The notes beneath the pieces were generated by a model. The model made no database searches and had not been told where the DNA came from. It saw only the letters and a program-made list of their open reading frames with translations. DNA of 64,000 nucleotides from Eledone cirrhosa. Its lineage: Eukaryota. The position numbers and the translations under genes were made by a program. Location: positions 42,222,001 through 42,286,000 of the forward strand of contig OZ024753.1 of assembly GCA_964016885.1 (NCBI GenBank), read 5' to 3'. Below are positions 15,161-27,622 of the stretch, piece by piece; within the stretch, counting starts at the first letter, position 1, and every line of letters begins with the position of its first letter.

Positions 15161-16201
15161 AATTTAAATGTTTATAGCATATTAACTTTTGAACAGATCA
15201 GAGCAAAGACTATAATTTAAAGAATTTTAATATGATGCACTCATAAGTTGTTTATTTTACTTTTCAAGAATGTCTTGGTAATGTGGTTTCATGTAGTTCA
15301 AGATGTTTAAAGTTAGATAATTTTGTGTGTGTGTGTGTGAATGGCAAGTTTTCTATGGCTGGATGCTCTTCCTAACACCAACCATTTTATAGCGTTTACT
15401 GGGTGTTTTTATTATGTAGATCACCAACACTACGGAGACTGTTATGTCCTTGACAAAACTGAACGATCCTCCCAACTCTTTGTTTGGCTAGCTTTCTATG
15501 GCTGGATGCCGTTCCTAACACCAACCACTTTACAGAGTGTACTGGGTGCTTTTATTGTGGAACAGGATATTAAGAGTTAATAATTTTGAGTGTGTGAGTT
15601 TGACTAACAAGTTTTGAAACTACCTACCATCTGTAAAAGTGGATCTAAATACAATGAAATAAAAACCGAAGAAGTGTTTTGTTGGGAACCAGAACACAAC
15701 AATCAGGTAGATGAGGTGTCAGGAACTTGAGGTCTTTTGTTAATTCCAAGTGGCTCTCAAGAACACTGAAGGTTTATATTGTATGTTTATTTTATGAAAT
15801 CTACAATATTATTATCATCATCGTGTAACATCCGCTTTCCCTGCTAGCAAGGGTTGGATAGGTCTTCACTGACCAAGTTAATACTGAAGCAGGTTTACTG
15901 ACCTCTCAGGCATGCTGAGGGTTCTACATCCTGCTTACATACAGTCATATTGAATACAGAGGAGAAGTTGTGTCTTTTGTCACAAACTGAAGGGTCCTCC
16001 CAACCACTTTACAGCATGTGCTGGGTGCTTTTATTGTGTAGATCACCATCACGAAGGAGGTTGTTATGTTCTTGACACAACTAAAGGGTCCTCCTATCAA
16101 AATAAAATGTCTCCCTAGTTATTTTAGCTACAAATGTCTCCTCAGACTAAAAAGGTTCCCCACATCTGATTATTAACATTTTAGAGACTGAATCTTATAT
16201 T

Positions 16202-16442
16202 GTCCCACATGTTTGTTAGAATGTAACATAGCAGATAGTGGGAATATGTTGAGACAAAGTCCCACATGTTTGTGAGAATGTAACACAACAGGTAGTGGGA
16301 ATATGTTGAGACAAAGTCCCACATGTTTGTTAGATTGTAATACAGCAGATAGTGGGAATATATTGAGACAAAGTCCCACATGTTTGTTAGATTGTAATAC
16401 AGCAGATAGTAGGAATATGTTGAGACAAAGTCCCACATGTTA
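16202..16442. repeat. 57-bp tandem repeat, about 4 copies
   Basis: gtcccacatg at 16202, 16259, 16316, 16373 and 16430. Confidence 0.92.
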
Positions 16443-16544
16443 GAGTGGCTTAAATATATTTTGAGATGTTCTTGTTGTGCTGAAGATCAAATATTATTTT
16501 TCAAAGAGTTGTATTGAAACAGACAGTTATGTTATATAGTAGTG

Positions 16545-16765
16545 TAGTGTGGACAGTAAGAGTTATTATAACAGTTCTGTTGTATAGTAGTGTGGACAGT
16601 AAGAGTTATTATAACAGTTCTGTTGTATAGTAGTGTGGACAGTAACAGTTATTATAACAGTTCTGTTGTATAGTAGTGTGGACAGTAACAGTTATTATAA
16701 CAGTTCTGTTGTATAGTAGTGTGGACTAACAGTTATAACAGATATAACAGTTCTATTGTATAGTA
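16545..16765. repeat. 43-bp tandem repeat, about 5 copies
   Basis: tagtgtggacagtaa.agttattataacagttctgttgtatag. Confidence 0.9.
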
Positions 16766-16824
16766 TGTGGGTGATGCAAAGGTGCAGTATGTAGCAAAAG
16801 CTCACAGTATATTAACTCCTTTAA

Positions 16825-17390
16825 ATGCCTAGAGGGATCTGTAGAAGTAGTTCATAGTTTCTGTTACCTGGGTGACCAAATTGGCAGTGGAGGTGGGTGT
16901 TCTGAAAATACAGTTGCCAGAGTGCGAATGGGATGGAGAAAGTTCAGAGAGCTACAAAATGTTTCCCCCTCATAATGAATGGCAGATTGTATGATGTGTG
17001 TATTTCAACAGCAGTGCTGCATGATAGTGAGATTGGAAAGAAAGGAAGCTTGCATGCTTCGATGGATGTGTAATATTAGTGAGCGTGAATGGCAAAGTGT
17101 GAATAAACTGAGAGAGAAACTGGGGATAAGAGGGACCACATGTAATGTGCAGGAGTGGAGACTGTAGGGGTATGGACAAGTGAAGCATATGAATGATGAC
17201 AGCTGTATAAATAGGTGCAGGGCACTCAAAGTTGATGGTAGCTATGGAGGAAGACTTAGGAAAGCTTGGAATGATGTGATAAAATCTGGCCTCACACAAT
17301 TGCTCCTCTCAGTGGTGATGACACAGGATTGTGATCACTGGTGTTATGCAGTAATACAGATGACCCGCCTTCCCATGTACACAGGATGAA
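16825..17390 (+). mobile_element. RTE-clade LINE fragment (end of RT and C-terminal region), decayed
   Basis: VEVVHSFCYLGDQIGSGGGCSENTVARVRMGWRKFREL; MLRWMCN; LREKLGI; GRLRKAWNDVI. Confidence 0.85.
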
Positions 17391-18211
17391 GCAACATCTA
17401 GTGGCCTCTAGAAAACACCACTTCTCCCCTTCCCACATCTTAATCAGTCCCCCCCCCCCATCCTAGACCTACCTCTCTAACCCTACATACATGTGCCTCC
17501 CTCACTTTCCACATCTGATGCACCTCTCTTGACAAACCCATGTATACAAAGTGGTCGAGCTGGTGACTTGACAAATAAGCACCCAGTTGACCCTGTGAAG
17601 TGGTCATGTTGGGGGCATGACAGGAGATACCCAGCCGACTCTGTAAAGTGGTTGTGTTGGTGATACAACAGAAGGCACCCAATCTGTCCTGTGGAGTGGT
17701 CGGCATGGTGACATGACAAAAGCACTCAATCTACTGTGTAGGTTGGTTGCATTATTGACGTGACACAACAATAACCACCCAGCCCAACTTATAAAGTGGT
17801 CATGTTGGAGACCTGACAAAAGTGCCCAGCCCAACCTGTAAAGTTGGCATGATGGCGATATGACAAAAGTGCCTAGTCCACACTGTAAAGTGGTTGTTTT
17901 GGTGTCACAATAAAAAGCATGCAGTCCACACTATAAGGTGGTTGGCATTAGGAAGTGCTTCCAGCCGTAGAAACCACGACTTGATTTGTCTCACAATGGT
18001 ACCATCTGTCTAACCCATGTTAGCATGGAAAATGGACATTAAACGCTTTAAACAGTGATTAATAGAACCAAGGATGGTTTCAGGTGGTTTTGTATCAAAA
18101 GAATTAAGTGTTGTATCATGATTTCCTCTTATTTTTTATTTTTTGTTTAGAAAATTCTAATTTTATTTAAATTCAGTGTAATAATGTCTCCCTAACCTTT
18201 GTATTTTTCAG

Positions 18212-18321
18212 GTTGGTGTCATGTTGTTTGTGCCCTATTTATTCCTGAGGCATGGTTTGCCAATGTCCAAACTATGGAACCAATTGTATTAAAGAATGTT
18301 CCTCAAGAAAGGTTCAATAAG
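18212..18321 (+). CDS. MLLT10: AF10 exon (GWCHVVCALFIPEAWFANVQTMEPIVLKNVPQERFNK)
   Basis: ttttcag|...AAG|gttaga; 110 bp, phase 1 to 0; conserved PZP sequence. Confidence 0.97.
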
Positions 18322-19540
18322 GTTAGAGACAAAGTAATAACTGTGTTTTTATTATCTTTCACTCATTATTTTATATTTTGTCCAATTTTGTTTTTATTTG
18401 AATTCTGTTTAACATGCTTTTATTTTAGATTTGACATTTTGTAAAATATAGTTTTTAGAAATTATATTGATTTAGCAATTTTAGCTGGGTTGCTAAAAGA
18501 TACGTTAGTTTGTTTTATACATCATTTAATATCAACATAGACAGTGTAATACTTTCAATATCAACACAGTGTAATAATATCAACTTAGACAGTATAATAC
18601 TTTCAATATCAATGTAGACAGTATAATATTTTCAATATCAACATAGACATAATCTAACTATTCGTCTAATTTCCTAAGGAAATGATGTATTCTGAAATTC
18701 ATATAAAAGAATACCAAGTTTATATAGCCCCCCAAAAAAGGGGTAATTGTTAAAAGTTAAAGTCTGTCTCAAGCCTAGGGGCTCATCAAACTGGAGCTTA
18801 TCTCAGTTTTATCAGTATTAAATGACTGGTTGTATAGAAGGCTAGGCTGACCAGTAGTATAGAAGGCCAGTTTGTCACAAAGTTACTTTGTCCCAAGCCC
18901 AGAATAACATCAGGCCGTGGCTTATCCCAGTTTTATTGGTGTTAAATGCCTGGTAGTATAGAAGGCCAGTTTGTCACAAAGTTTGTCCCAAGCCCGAAAG
19001 TACATCAGGTCAGAGCTTATCCTGGTTTCATTGGCATTAAGTGACCTAGAGTACAAGATGTCAGTCCACCACAGAGTTAACCCTCCAGCTGCTTCTGGTT
19101 CTTGGTTTCAGTTGAGTTGATTATAATATAAGCTGACCCCACTATTTTATGTCTGAGAAAAGGGCAAAAATCCCAACCTTATTTATGTAGAATTCGAAGT
19201 TGGTGAAAATCGTCAAAATATTGACCCGGATATAACTGACCCCCTTCTACCATTGATTTTTTTTATATTTGAATATATATGGTAGGTAGACAGGAACTGT
19301 TTGAAAACCCTGTCAGGTGGATTACACCTGTAATTCAAACAGCCAGCCCTTGTCACACTTTGTGTCATACACTGAATCTCCCTTAGAATTATATTAAGAA
19401 TACATGTATCTGTGGAATGCTTGGCCACTTACATGCTAATTTCATGGGCAGGTTTTTCTGTTGATTGAACACCTGCAACACTGTTGAAAGTGATAAAGAT
19501 CCACTCCTACCTGTAACATTAGAAGGTAATTTCATACGTA

Positions 19541-19802
19541 CAGGGTGAGTAAAAAATAACCGGGCAGTCACTGCAGTTTTATTGTAAGGTTCACAGATAA
19601 CTTTTTAAACATCTGCTTAATAAAATATATTGAAGAATGGGGTCGGATCAGCTTTTCGAACACTTTAATTATATATATTTTTTAAATTAGTTTTTTTGAT
19701 GTATTTATAATTTCATACTGTACCGGTATGACCAGAATTTTAGTAAATATTATCAAGTGAAATATAAATGTAGGACTGTCCAGATACTTATCACTCACCC
19801 TG
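19541..19802. mobile_element. Tc1/mariner-type MITE
   Basis: TIR cagggtgagtaaaaaataaccgggcagtc / gactgtccagatacttatcactcaccctg; TA TSD on both sides. Confidence 0.8.
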
Positions 19803-19935
19803 TACTTTGTGTTTACCGAGCTGTGTAAAATAGTGACAGAAAGTAGGTCAACCTTGGTCACATGCTGTATATATATTCATGTAAAAGTTGGATTCTGGAA
19901 ATTATTATTTTTTTTGGTGGGGTGGGGGTTGGTTG

Positions 19936-20256
19936 GGTTGAATAATGAAAACAAAGATGAGGTGCAGTGTTTAGGTTTAATTAGTTCATTGTTTAACGAT
20001 CCTTTCAATATGTTGATTGAACCATGACAATATCAATATATTGACTAATTCCATATGAGTTGTGTAACTCCCTCCATTCTTCAGAAATATGACCCCTAAT
20101 ATGGAGGTAGGGGGGGGGGGGGGCTTTACATAATTGCTATCATTTAGTCACAATATTGATATTGTCAGGGTTCACTCAACATTTTGAAACAATCGTTAAA
20201 ACAATGAACTAATTAAGCCATGAAATGTTGCCATCTTTGTTTTCATTATTCCAGCC
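19936..20256. mobile_element. Foldback-type element with about 115-bp imperfect inverted repeats
   Basis: gaataatgaaaacaaagatg...tgacaatatcaatat vs atattgatattgtca...catctttgttttcattattc. Confidence 0.7.
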
Positions 20257-20263
20257 ATATATA

Positions 20264-20362
20264 CGGGGTGTCCCCCAAAAATGTATACACACTTCAACAA
20301 CATTCTAATAAATATTACCTGCATAGGTAATCAAAGTGTGTATACATTTTTTGGACACCCTG
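20264..20362. mobile_element. Tiny Tc1/mariner-type MITE, same family as 6431-6507
   Basis: cggggtgtcccccaaaaatgtatacacac / gtgtgtatacattttttggacaccctg. Confidence 0.75.
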
Positions 20363-20422
20363 AATATATTACTCTTTTACATGTTCCAGCTGACTGGCTG
20401 AGGCCAGGCTGGGGCACCGCAT

Positions 20423-21100
<678 letters not shown>

Positions 21101-22401
21101 CATTTAGCCTTTATTTTCTATGTATTTAAATTCAGTTTACTGATATGTTTATTTACTTGTTAAATATTTGTACATTTCTGGGGGTCAATAAATGGTCAAA
21201 GATTCCATGAAGTGGGGCGGGGGACCTGTATTTATGTCTACAGGGTTAGCTATTTGGGTAGAATATTTTAAATTCTTATTAATACTGAAATGGATATGGT
21301 TTGGACTGTACCTGTAATTCAAGAGACTAGCTTTGTCACACACTGTCTCACCAAATCTCCCTGAGAATTACTGTGTTGTGGGTACAGGTTCCTGTGGAAT
21401 ACTGGACCATTTAAATGCTGTAATACAAGATGGACTGTGCCGGTAATTCAAAAGGCTAGCTTTGTCACACACATACACTGTCTCACTTTAATCTTTCTGA
21501 GAATTAACATTGAGGGTTCACGTGTTTGTGGAAATGATCACTTATACGCTATGATACAAGATGGATTGTGCCTGTAGATTCAAAAGATCCAGCCTTGTCG
21601 CAACACACACTGTTTCGCTGAATCTCCCTGAGAAATAATGTTAAGGGTACATGTATCTATTGAATACTCAGCTATATGCGTGTAAATTTCATGAGCGGGT
21701 TGTTCCACTTAACGAACAACTGGAATATTTCTCATCGGAAGTAACAGAGCTCTAATCCACGTAAGCTTTTCCACTCCATTCTGCTTGTTTCCTATGTTTT
21801 TAATAATTCTTAACTCTTTATTTTTTACTATAAAATCACATTTGATTGAATTAAATTATTCTTTCAAAATCTGCCATTTTATTGTGTAAATATTCTTCTA
21901 ATATATATAAATATATAATATATACCATTTCTATTGAATATGTCTGCTGAAAATTTATTTTAATTTTTGCATATATATAAGAATGGGTGTATGTGTTCAT
22001 ATAGACATGTATAAGAATATGTGTGTATGTGTTCATATATATATAAGAATGTGTATGTGTGTTCATATATACATATAAGATTGTGTGTTCATATATACAT
22101 ATAAGATTGTGTGTATATACATATATATATATATAAGAATATGTATCATATATACATGTATGTGTTCATATATATATATATAAATATGTGTATGTGTGTT
22201 CATAGATATATATTTAAGGATGAAATATGAGTAAAATAATAAATAATATTTAAGTTATGTACACCATTACAAGTGTTCAAAATAGTCTTCTAAGGAATAG
22301 CAAGTTAATTATAAGTTAATTATAATTAGGTTATAATTAAATATATATACACAAGCTATAATCTAGCCTTTGTACTAACATCATTATATATATATATACA
22401 C

Positions 22402-22454
<53 letters not shown>

Positions 22455-22542
22455 TTATATATATATATTATATATATTATATATATATAGGTGTGTATTT
22501 TTTGATCGTATTTACTAAACCATTTGTACATTTGTCCTTTAG

Positions 22543-22646
22543 GTGTGTTATATTTGTGAAGAACAAAGTCGTGAAAGTAGAGCTGCCACAGGGGCTTGTA
22601 TGCAATGCAACAAAAATGGATGTAAACAAAACTTCCATGTTACTTG
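22543..22646 (+). CDS. MLLT10: AF10 exon, PHD2 (VCYICEEQSRESRAATGACMQCNKNGCKQNFHVT)
   Basis: ctttag|...TG|gtaagg; 104 bp, phase 0 to 2. Confidence 0.97.
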
Positions 22647-22671
22647 GTAAGGTCATGTATGTATGTATGTA

Positions 22672-23142
22672 TGGCTGAAGGCCGTATATCATGGAGAGTG
22701 ATCATCAAGTATGGATGTGTTATCTTTGAGATAAAGAGAGTGGAGCATGCTGGTTTGAAGTGTTCACTCTGTAAGCAGGTCCCAGGTGCAAAGCCTGCAA
22801 AAATCCAGCAGGAATTGAGCTGCAATGCTTGTGGCTGATTTCTTCTAACAAGAGCTGGATTTGTCAACCATCTGAAGTCACAGGAGCCAAGGGAGATATC
22901 GACTCAACTGTGAGATGGTTCTATCACCACACAATCCACGATACATTTGCAGTGAGTGTGGCTTAATTTGCAAGACCAGACATGGTAGAATACAAGAAGA
23001 CATACCCCAGCTGGTATTGGCAGGAGACAGAAAGCTCAAGTGTCACATCTGTGAACATACCTGCAATACAAAAGTGGGTCTGAAAAGTCACCTACGTGCT
23101 TATGATCGTGCAGTGTTCAATGAAGGGTTGGCACTCTTCTGA
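22672..23142 (+). mobile_element. 3' end of an RTE-clade LINE ORF with three degenerate C2H2-like fingers
   Basis: AEGRISWRVIIKYG, CNACG*..AGFVNHLKS, CSECGLICKT, CHICEHTCNTKVGLKSHLRA; stops and frameshifts. Confidence 0.7.
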
Positions 23143-23775
23143 CAAGAAGTAACAATCAGCATTTGTGGTGTGTCTGTGTGTATTGATAGATTTATTTTTG
23201 TGTTTCTTCCATTATTTTTTTTACCAAAGAAGCAGTGTATTTTATTAGGAATATAGTCATCATTATTTCAGGCAGATGTTAGATGATGGGGGCAAGCATA
23301 TTTTTAATGAAATATACTGCCTGTATTTCAGTTAACCTTTTTGATACCGGACCAGCTGAAACTGTCACTGATTCTATGATATAAGACTATTTATTTTAAT
23401 GTGTTTATAAAAACTAAGTCTGAAATCTGTCTTGAGCCTAGAAGCTCATTAGACCGGTGTTTATCCCCGGTTTCCTTGGCATTAAGTGACAGAGTACAAA
23501 ACTCCTCTCTGGACAGGACGCTAGTCCATCACAGAGTTAAATTCGAACAAGAACTGATCTAGGTAGGTTGGCAACAAAAGATTTCATACATAGAATTTAA
23601 ATTTTTTTTATTCACCCTTTCATCACCATATTTCTAATGAAAGACACTTTTCAAATAATTTTGAAAATAATCAAGAATTTGGAAAGATTTAGTAATATAA
23701 CTTTCTCATTATTAAGTTGATGCTTGGAATATACCTTAAGAAAGGTTCTTAGATAAATAAATATAAATACTTTAA

Positions 23776-23963
23776 CCCTTTAGCATTTACATTACTTTAT
23801 ATATACTATTCTGGTAAAGGCTTTATCTCACATAATATCGAATCTATGAGATTTTGATGGTATTTATTTTGAGAACAATACCTTAACATCAGTATGAGTG
23901 GCCAGTTTGAACAGAAAGAGGTGAGAATTATTGCCGGATACGGCCAGTTTAAATGTTAAAGGG
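23776..23963. mobile_element. piggyBac-like TTAA MITE family A; other copies near 12025-12210, 26595-26797, 29110-29310, 42774-42970, 54330-54540, 56338-56546
   Basis: TTAA|CCCTTTAGCATTTA...TAAATGTTAAAGGG|TTAA. Confidence 0.8.
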
Positions 23964-24100
23964 TTAAAACAGTTTTGTATTGTAAAGCCATGTTTAGAAT
24001 AATGATTTTGCAGTGAAATTAGTTTTTTTTACAAATTGTGATATATATAAACATTTTGTTGCTGTTGTAGTTATTGTTGATAAACTTGTATTTGTTTCAG

Positions 24101-24194
24101 TGCCCAAGCACAAGGTCTTTTATGTGAAGAAGCTGGAAACTATGGTGACAATGTCAAGTATTGTGGATACTGTATGTATCATTATAAAAAATTG
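24101..24194 (+). CDS. MLLT10: AF10 exon, end of PHD2 (CAQAQGLLCEEAGNYGDNVKYCGYCMYHYKKL)
   Basis: tttcag|...TTG|gtgagt; 94 bp, phase 2 to 0. Confidence 0.97.
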
Positions 24195-24950
24195 GTGAGT
24201 CATTTCTATTGAACTATGTATACTTGTGTTAAAGTTGAATACTGGGGGTACTGTTTATATCACTATAAAGAATTATTACTGGCACCTCGCTGTAGAAACC
24301 ATGCCTAAAAGGGAGCCTTTAGTTGTGTCAAAAACACAACAATCTTTCTAGTGGCTTTTATTTTGATGAGAGGACTCTTTTAGTTGTGTCAAGGACATGG
24401 CAGCCTCCCTATTGCTGATGGTCTACACACTATAAAAGCACCCAGTACACACTGTAAAGGGGTTGGTGACAGGAAGGGCATCAAACCATAGCTTGCCAAA
24501 CAAGAGGTTCGGAAGACCCTTCAGTTTGTGTCAAAAGACACACCACCTTCTCCTCTGCACTTGATAATGACCATTCATAAGCAGGATACAGACCTCCTCG
24601 GCCTATTTAGGGGGTCAGTAACCCCACTTCAGTACTAACTTGGTCTGTGAAGACCCATCCAACTCTTGCTAAGCAGGGAGAACAGATGTTAAATGATGAT
24701 GATGATCTCTATTAAAATTTATGCCATGTATACTCATATAAAAGTCATATTTTTTAAACTATTATACTTAGATAAACTTTATGAGATTGACTTTTACGTG
24801 GATACTATTACGTGGATACTATTACGTGGATACTATTACGTGGATACTATTACGTGGATACTATTTTCAAGGAGTTGAAGTTCACAGCGCAATTTTTTTT
24901 TTTTGTGGAATTGTTATGGGACATAACTGTTGACATAGTCATCAGCTTGA

Positions 24951-25021
<71 letters not shown>

Positions 25022-25720
25022 CACACACACACAGATAACTACCAATGAGGGGCTCATTCTACTGACATGGCTTAAAAGAAGCTGTTTGCATAATTGCAAA
25101 CGAATCAAATATTATTATTTACGCTATGCTTTGACGCTTAGTTACGGCCCTTGCCATTCTGAGTTCAAATCCCGCCGAGGTTAACTTTGCCTTTCATCCT
25201 TACGGGGTCGATAAAGTAAAGTACCAGTAATGTACTGAGTAATTCCTGGCCTTGTGCCAATAGTAGAAACAATTATTAATATTCGAAAAACTCAGATTAC
25301 ATTTATATATAAAAGTGTCACGACAAGAAAAAAAAAACACACACAGTCCACGCTGTAATATGGCCGTGTGGGTAACATGGTAAAAAGCTCCCAGTCCACA
25401 CTGTAAATGTGGTTGGCGTTAGGAAGGTCATCCAGCCGTAGAAAACCTGCCAGATAGTCCTATATGAGCGAGACACAGTCACCCGACCAATCTTGCCTCA
25501 CGTGGGACAACTCCCGTCTAACCCATACTAGCGTGGAAGATAGATGTTAAACGAAGATGATGATATATATTCATTTGCTATGTGTGTATGTATCTGTGTG
25601 TATATCATGACTCATACACTGTTCACTTGCCTGACATTTCTACATTATTCTATGTACTATACATGCACCTTTGATGAGATGTAGTGCACCTGAACACTGT
25701 ACACTATAATTTTCATTATT

Positions 25721-25925
25721 AGTGGATTGGCCGTATTGGTAGAGGGTCGGACGCCATGCGTTGACGCATAGAGTTACGGCCCTTCTCCATTCTGAGTTCA
25801 AATCCTGCCACGGTTAACTTTGCCTTTCATCCTTACGGGGTCGATAAAATAAAGTACCAGTAATGCACTGGTAATTGCTGGCCTTGTGCCTAAAGTAGAA
25901 ACAATTATTATTATTATTATTATTA
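25721..25925 (+). mobile_element. tRNA-derived SINE, same family as 41636; further copies near 25120-25280, 37488-37712, 57317-57500 (-), 47760-47890 (-)
   Basis: A/B boxes, shared core, (ATT)n tail. Confidence 0.85.
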
Positions 25926-26030
25926 CCTGATATATTTGTAACTATGTCAATTTTTGCTGTATTTTTAACTTGATATATTTGTAACTATGTTAACTGTTGC
26001 TATATTTTTTAGGCCACTTTATCTTTTCAG

Positions 26031-26150
26031 AAGAAAGATGCCAACATCAAAACCATTCCAGCATTTAAACCGATTTCTTGTGAGACTAGCACTCCAGAAA
26101 CTACACCAGAAAAGAATTTTCCTTCTCGTTTGGAACGAGAAAAGGCTAAA
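26031..26150 (+). CDS. MLLT10: AF10 exon (KKDANIKTIPAFKPISCETSTPETTPEKNFPSRLEREKAK)
   Basis: ttttcag|...AAA|gtatgt; 120 bp, phase 0/0; KTIPxxKPI resembles the post-PZP motif recalled from invertebrate AF10. Confidence 0.9.
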
Positions 26151-26594
26151 GTATGTATAGTATATATATATATATTTTTATACACACACACACACACATC
26201 TCTCTCTCTATATATATATATAGACACACACACACACATACCTACCTACTCTGCAACTTAACATGTATTGAGTACAACCATTATTCTGTGTTCAACCCAG
26301 TCTCTGATCATATGTCTGAGGTTATATGTTGGGCCTCCTGCTCACCTGGAGGTCAGAGGCTCCACTAGAGTACAGTTTGATATATAGTATGTCCAACCTT
26401 TGCTAGCAAGGAAAACAGCCATTTGTGTGTGTTATCATTGTCACCATCTAACATCCACACACACACACACACACGCACATGATTTCACAACAAATTGAAG
26501 CAGTACTAATTATGTAAAATTTATATATATTTATTTATTATGGCTAAGTGGTCAGCCTTGTTACTTTAAAGTTTCACCTGTGCACTTACATTAA

Positions 26595-26797
26595 CCCTTT
26601 AGCATTTAAACAGGCCATATCCAGCCAGAATTCTCTCACCCTGTTCAAACAGGCCATAACTGACTGCTCATACTGATGTTAAAGTATTTTTCTCAAAATA
26701 AATAATACCGAATCTATGAGATTTTGATATTATGTGAGGTAAAGCCTTCAGTGTGAAAATATAATAGTATATATAGAGTAATGCAAAGGCTAAAGGG
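26595..26797. mobile_element. TTAA MITE family A copy, opposite orientation to 23776-23963
   Basis: TTAA|CCCTTTAGCATTT...GCTAAAGGG|TTAA. Confidence 0.8.
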
Positions 26798-26993
26798 TTA
26801 ATATTTAAACTCTATTCCAGTATTAAGTACTTTTTCTCATGTCTGTCAATAATATATTTGTATATAAATAGTGAGGGAAAATGAAGTTTCAGTGTGTTGT
26901 TAAACCTTTTGTTATATCTGGTTGTCTTTAAAAGCAACTGCTGCTATTTTGTCGTGGCTAAATACTGACTTTAATTTCCATTTTATCTTGCAG

Positions 26994-27622
26994 CTCCGTG
27001 ATATGAAAGCTGATGGCAGTTATTTTCACTCGAGTAATTTGTCTAATCATCCCAGCTCATTAACAAGTTCTGATCGTGAACGTCTTCTTCCTAGTATTGC
27101 TCATGATAGAAGCAGGCCTTCTAAATTATTGTCTACACCTCCCCAAGGCTCACATCAGACACAGTGTGAATCTTCCCTCACAACACCTGGTGAATTTGAT
27201 GGATTTAGTGAAGCTGACACTAAGAATCTTTCTGTTCCACCTCCCACCACATCATACGATAGCAGCTGTCGAAGTGATTCTTCGGTAACGTCTCAACATA
27301 GTTCCGATCTGCTTTCCAAAGGATCCGGATTGGCTTTGAATGCATCGGAAAACAAACTCATAATGGATGCCCGCTTTACAGTGTTACCGGAGGCGAGTCG
27401 TTTGCTGACATCGCCTTCCAACGGATCGTTTACAACTACTGTTACTACTGTTCAAAATAGCATGGTTTCCTCTCAACCTCAGACTACATTCTCCAGTAAC
27501 TATGATAGTTATCTCAGTGGTAACCATGTCACCACTTCAACCACAGGACTCAATGGTATAACTTTAACAACAGTTGTAAATAGTAACCTGGAACAGAGTC
27601 AAGGCAAACGACAGCGATCAAG
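26994..27622 (+). CDS. MLLT10: AF10 large Ser/Thr-rich exon (LRDMKADG...QGKRQRS)
   Basis: cttgcag|...AG|gtaaga; 629 bp open frame within ORF 26922-27626; phase 0 to 2. Confidence 0.92.

Noticed and set aside
16173-16438. ORFs with a 19-aa repeat
   Set aside because: Product of a 57-bp tandem repeat whose period is divisible by 3; intronic and antisense.
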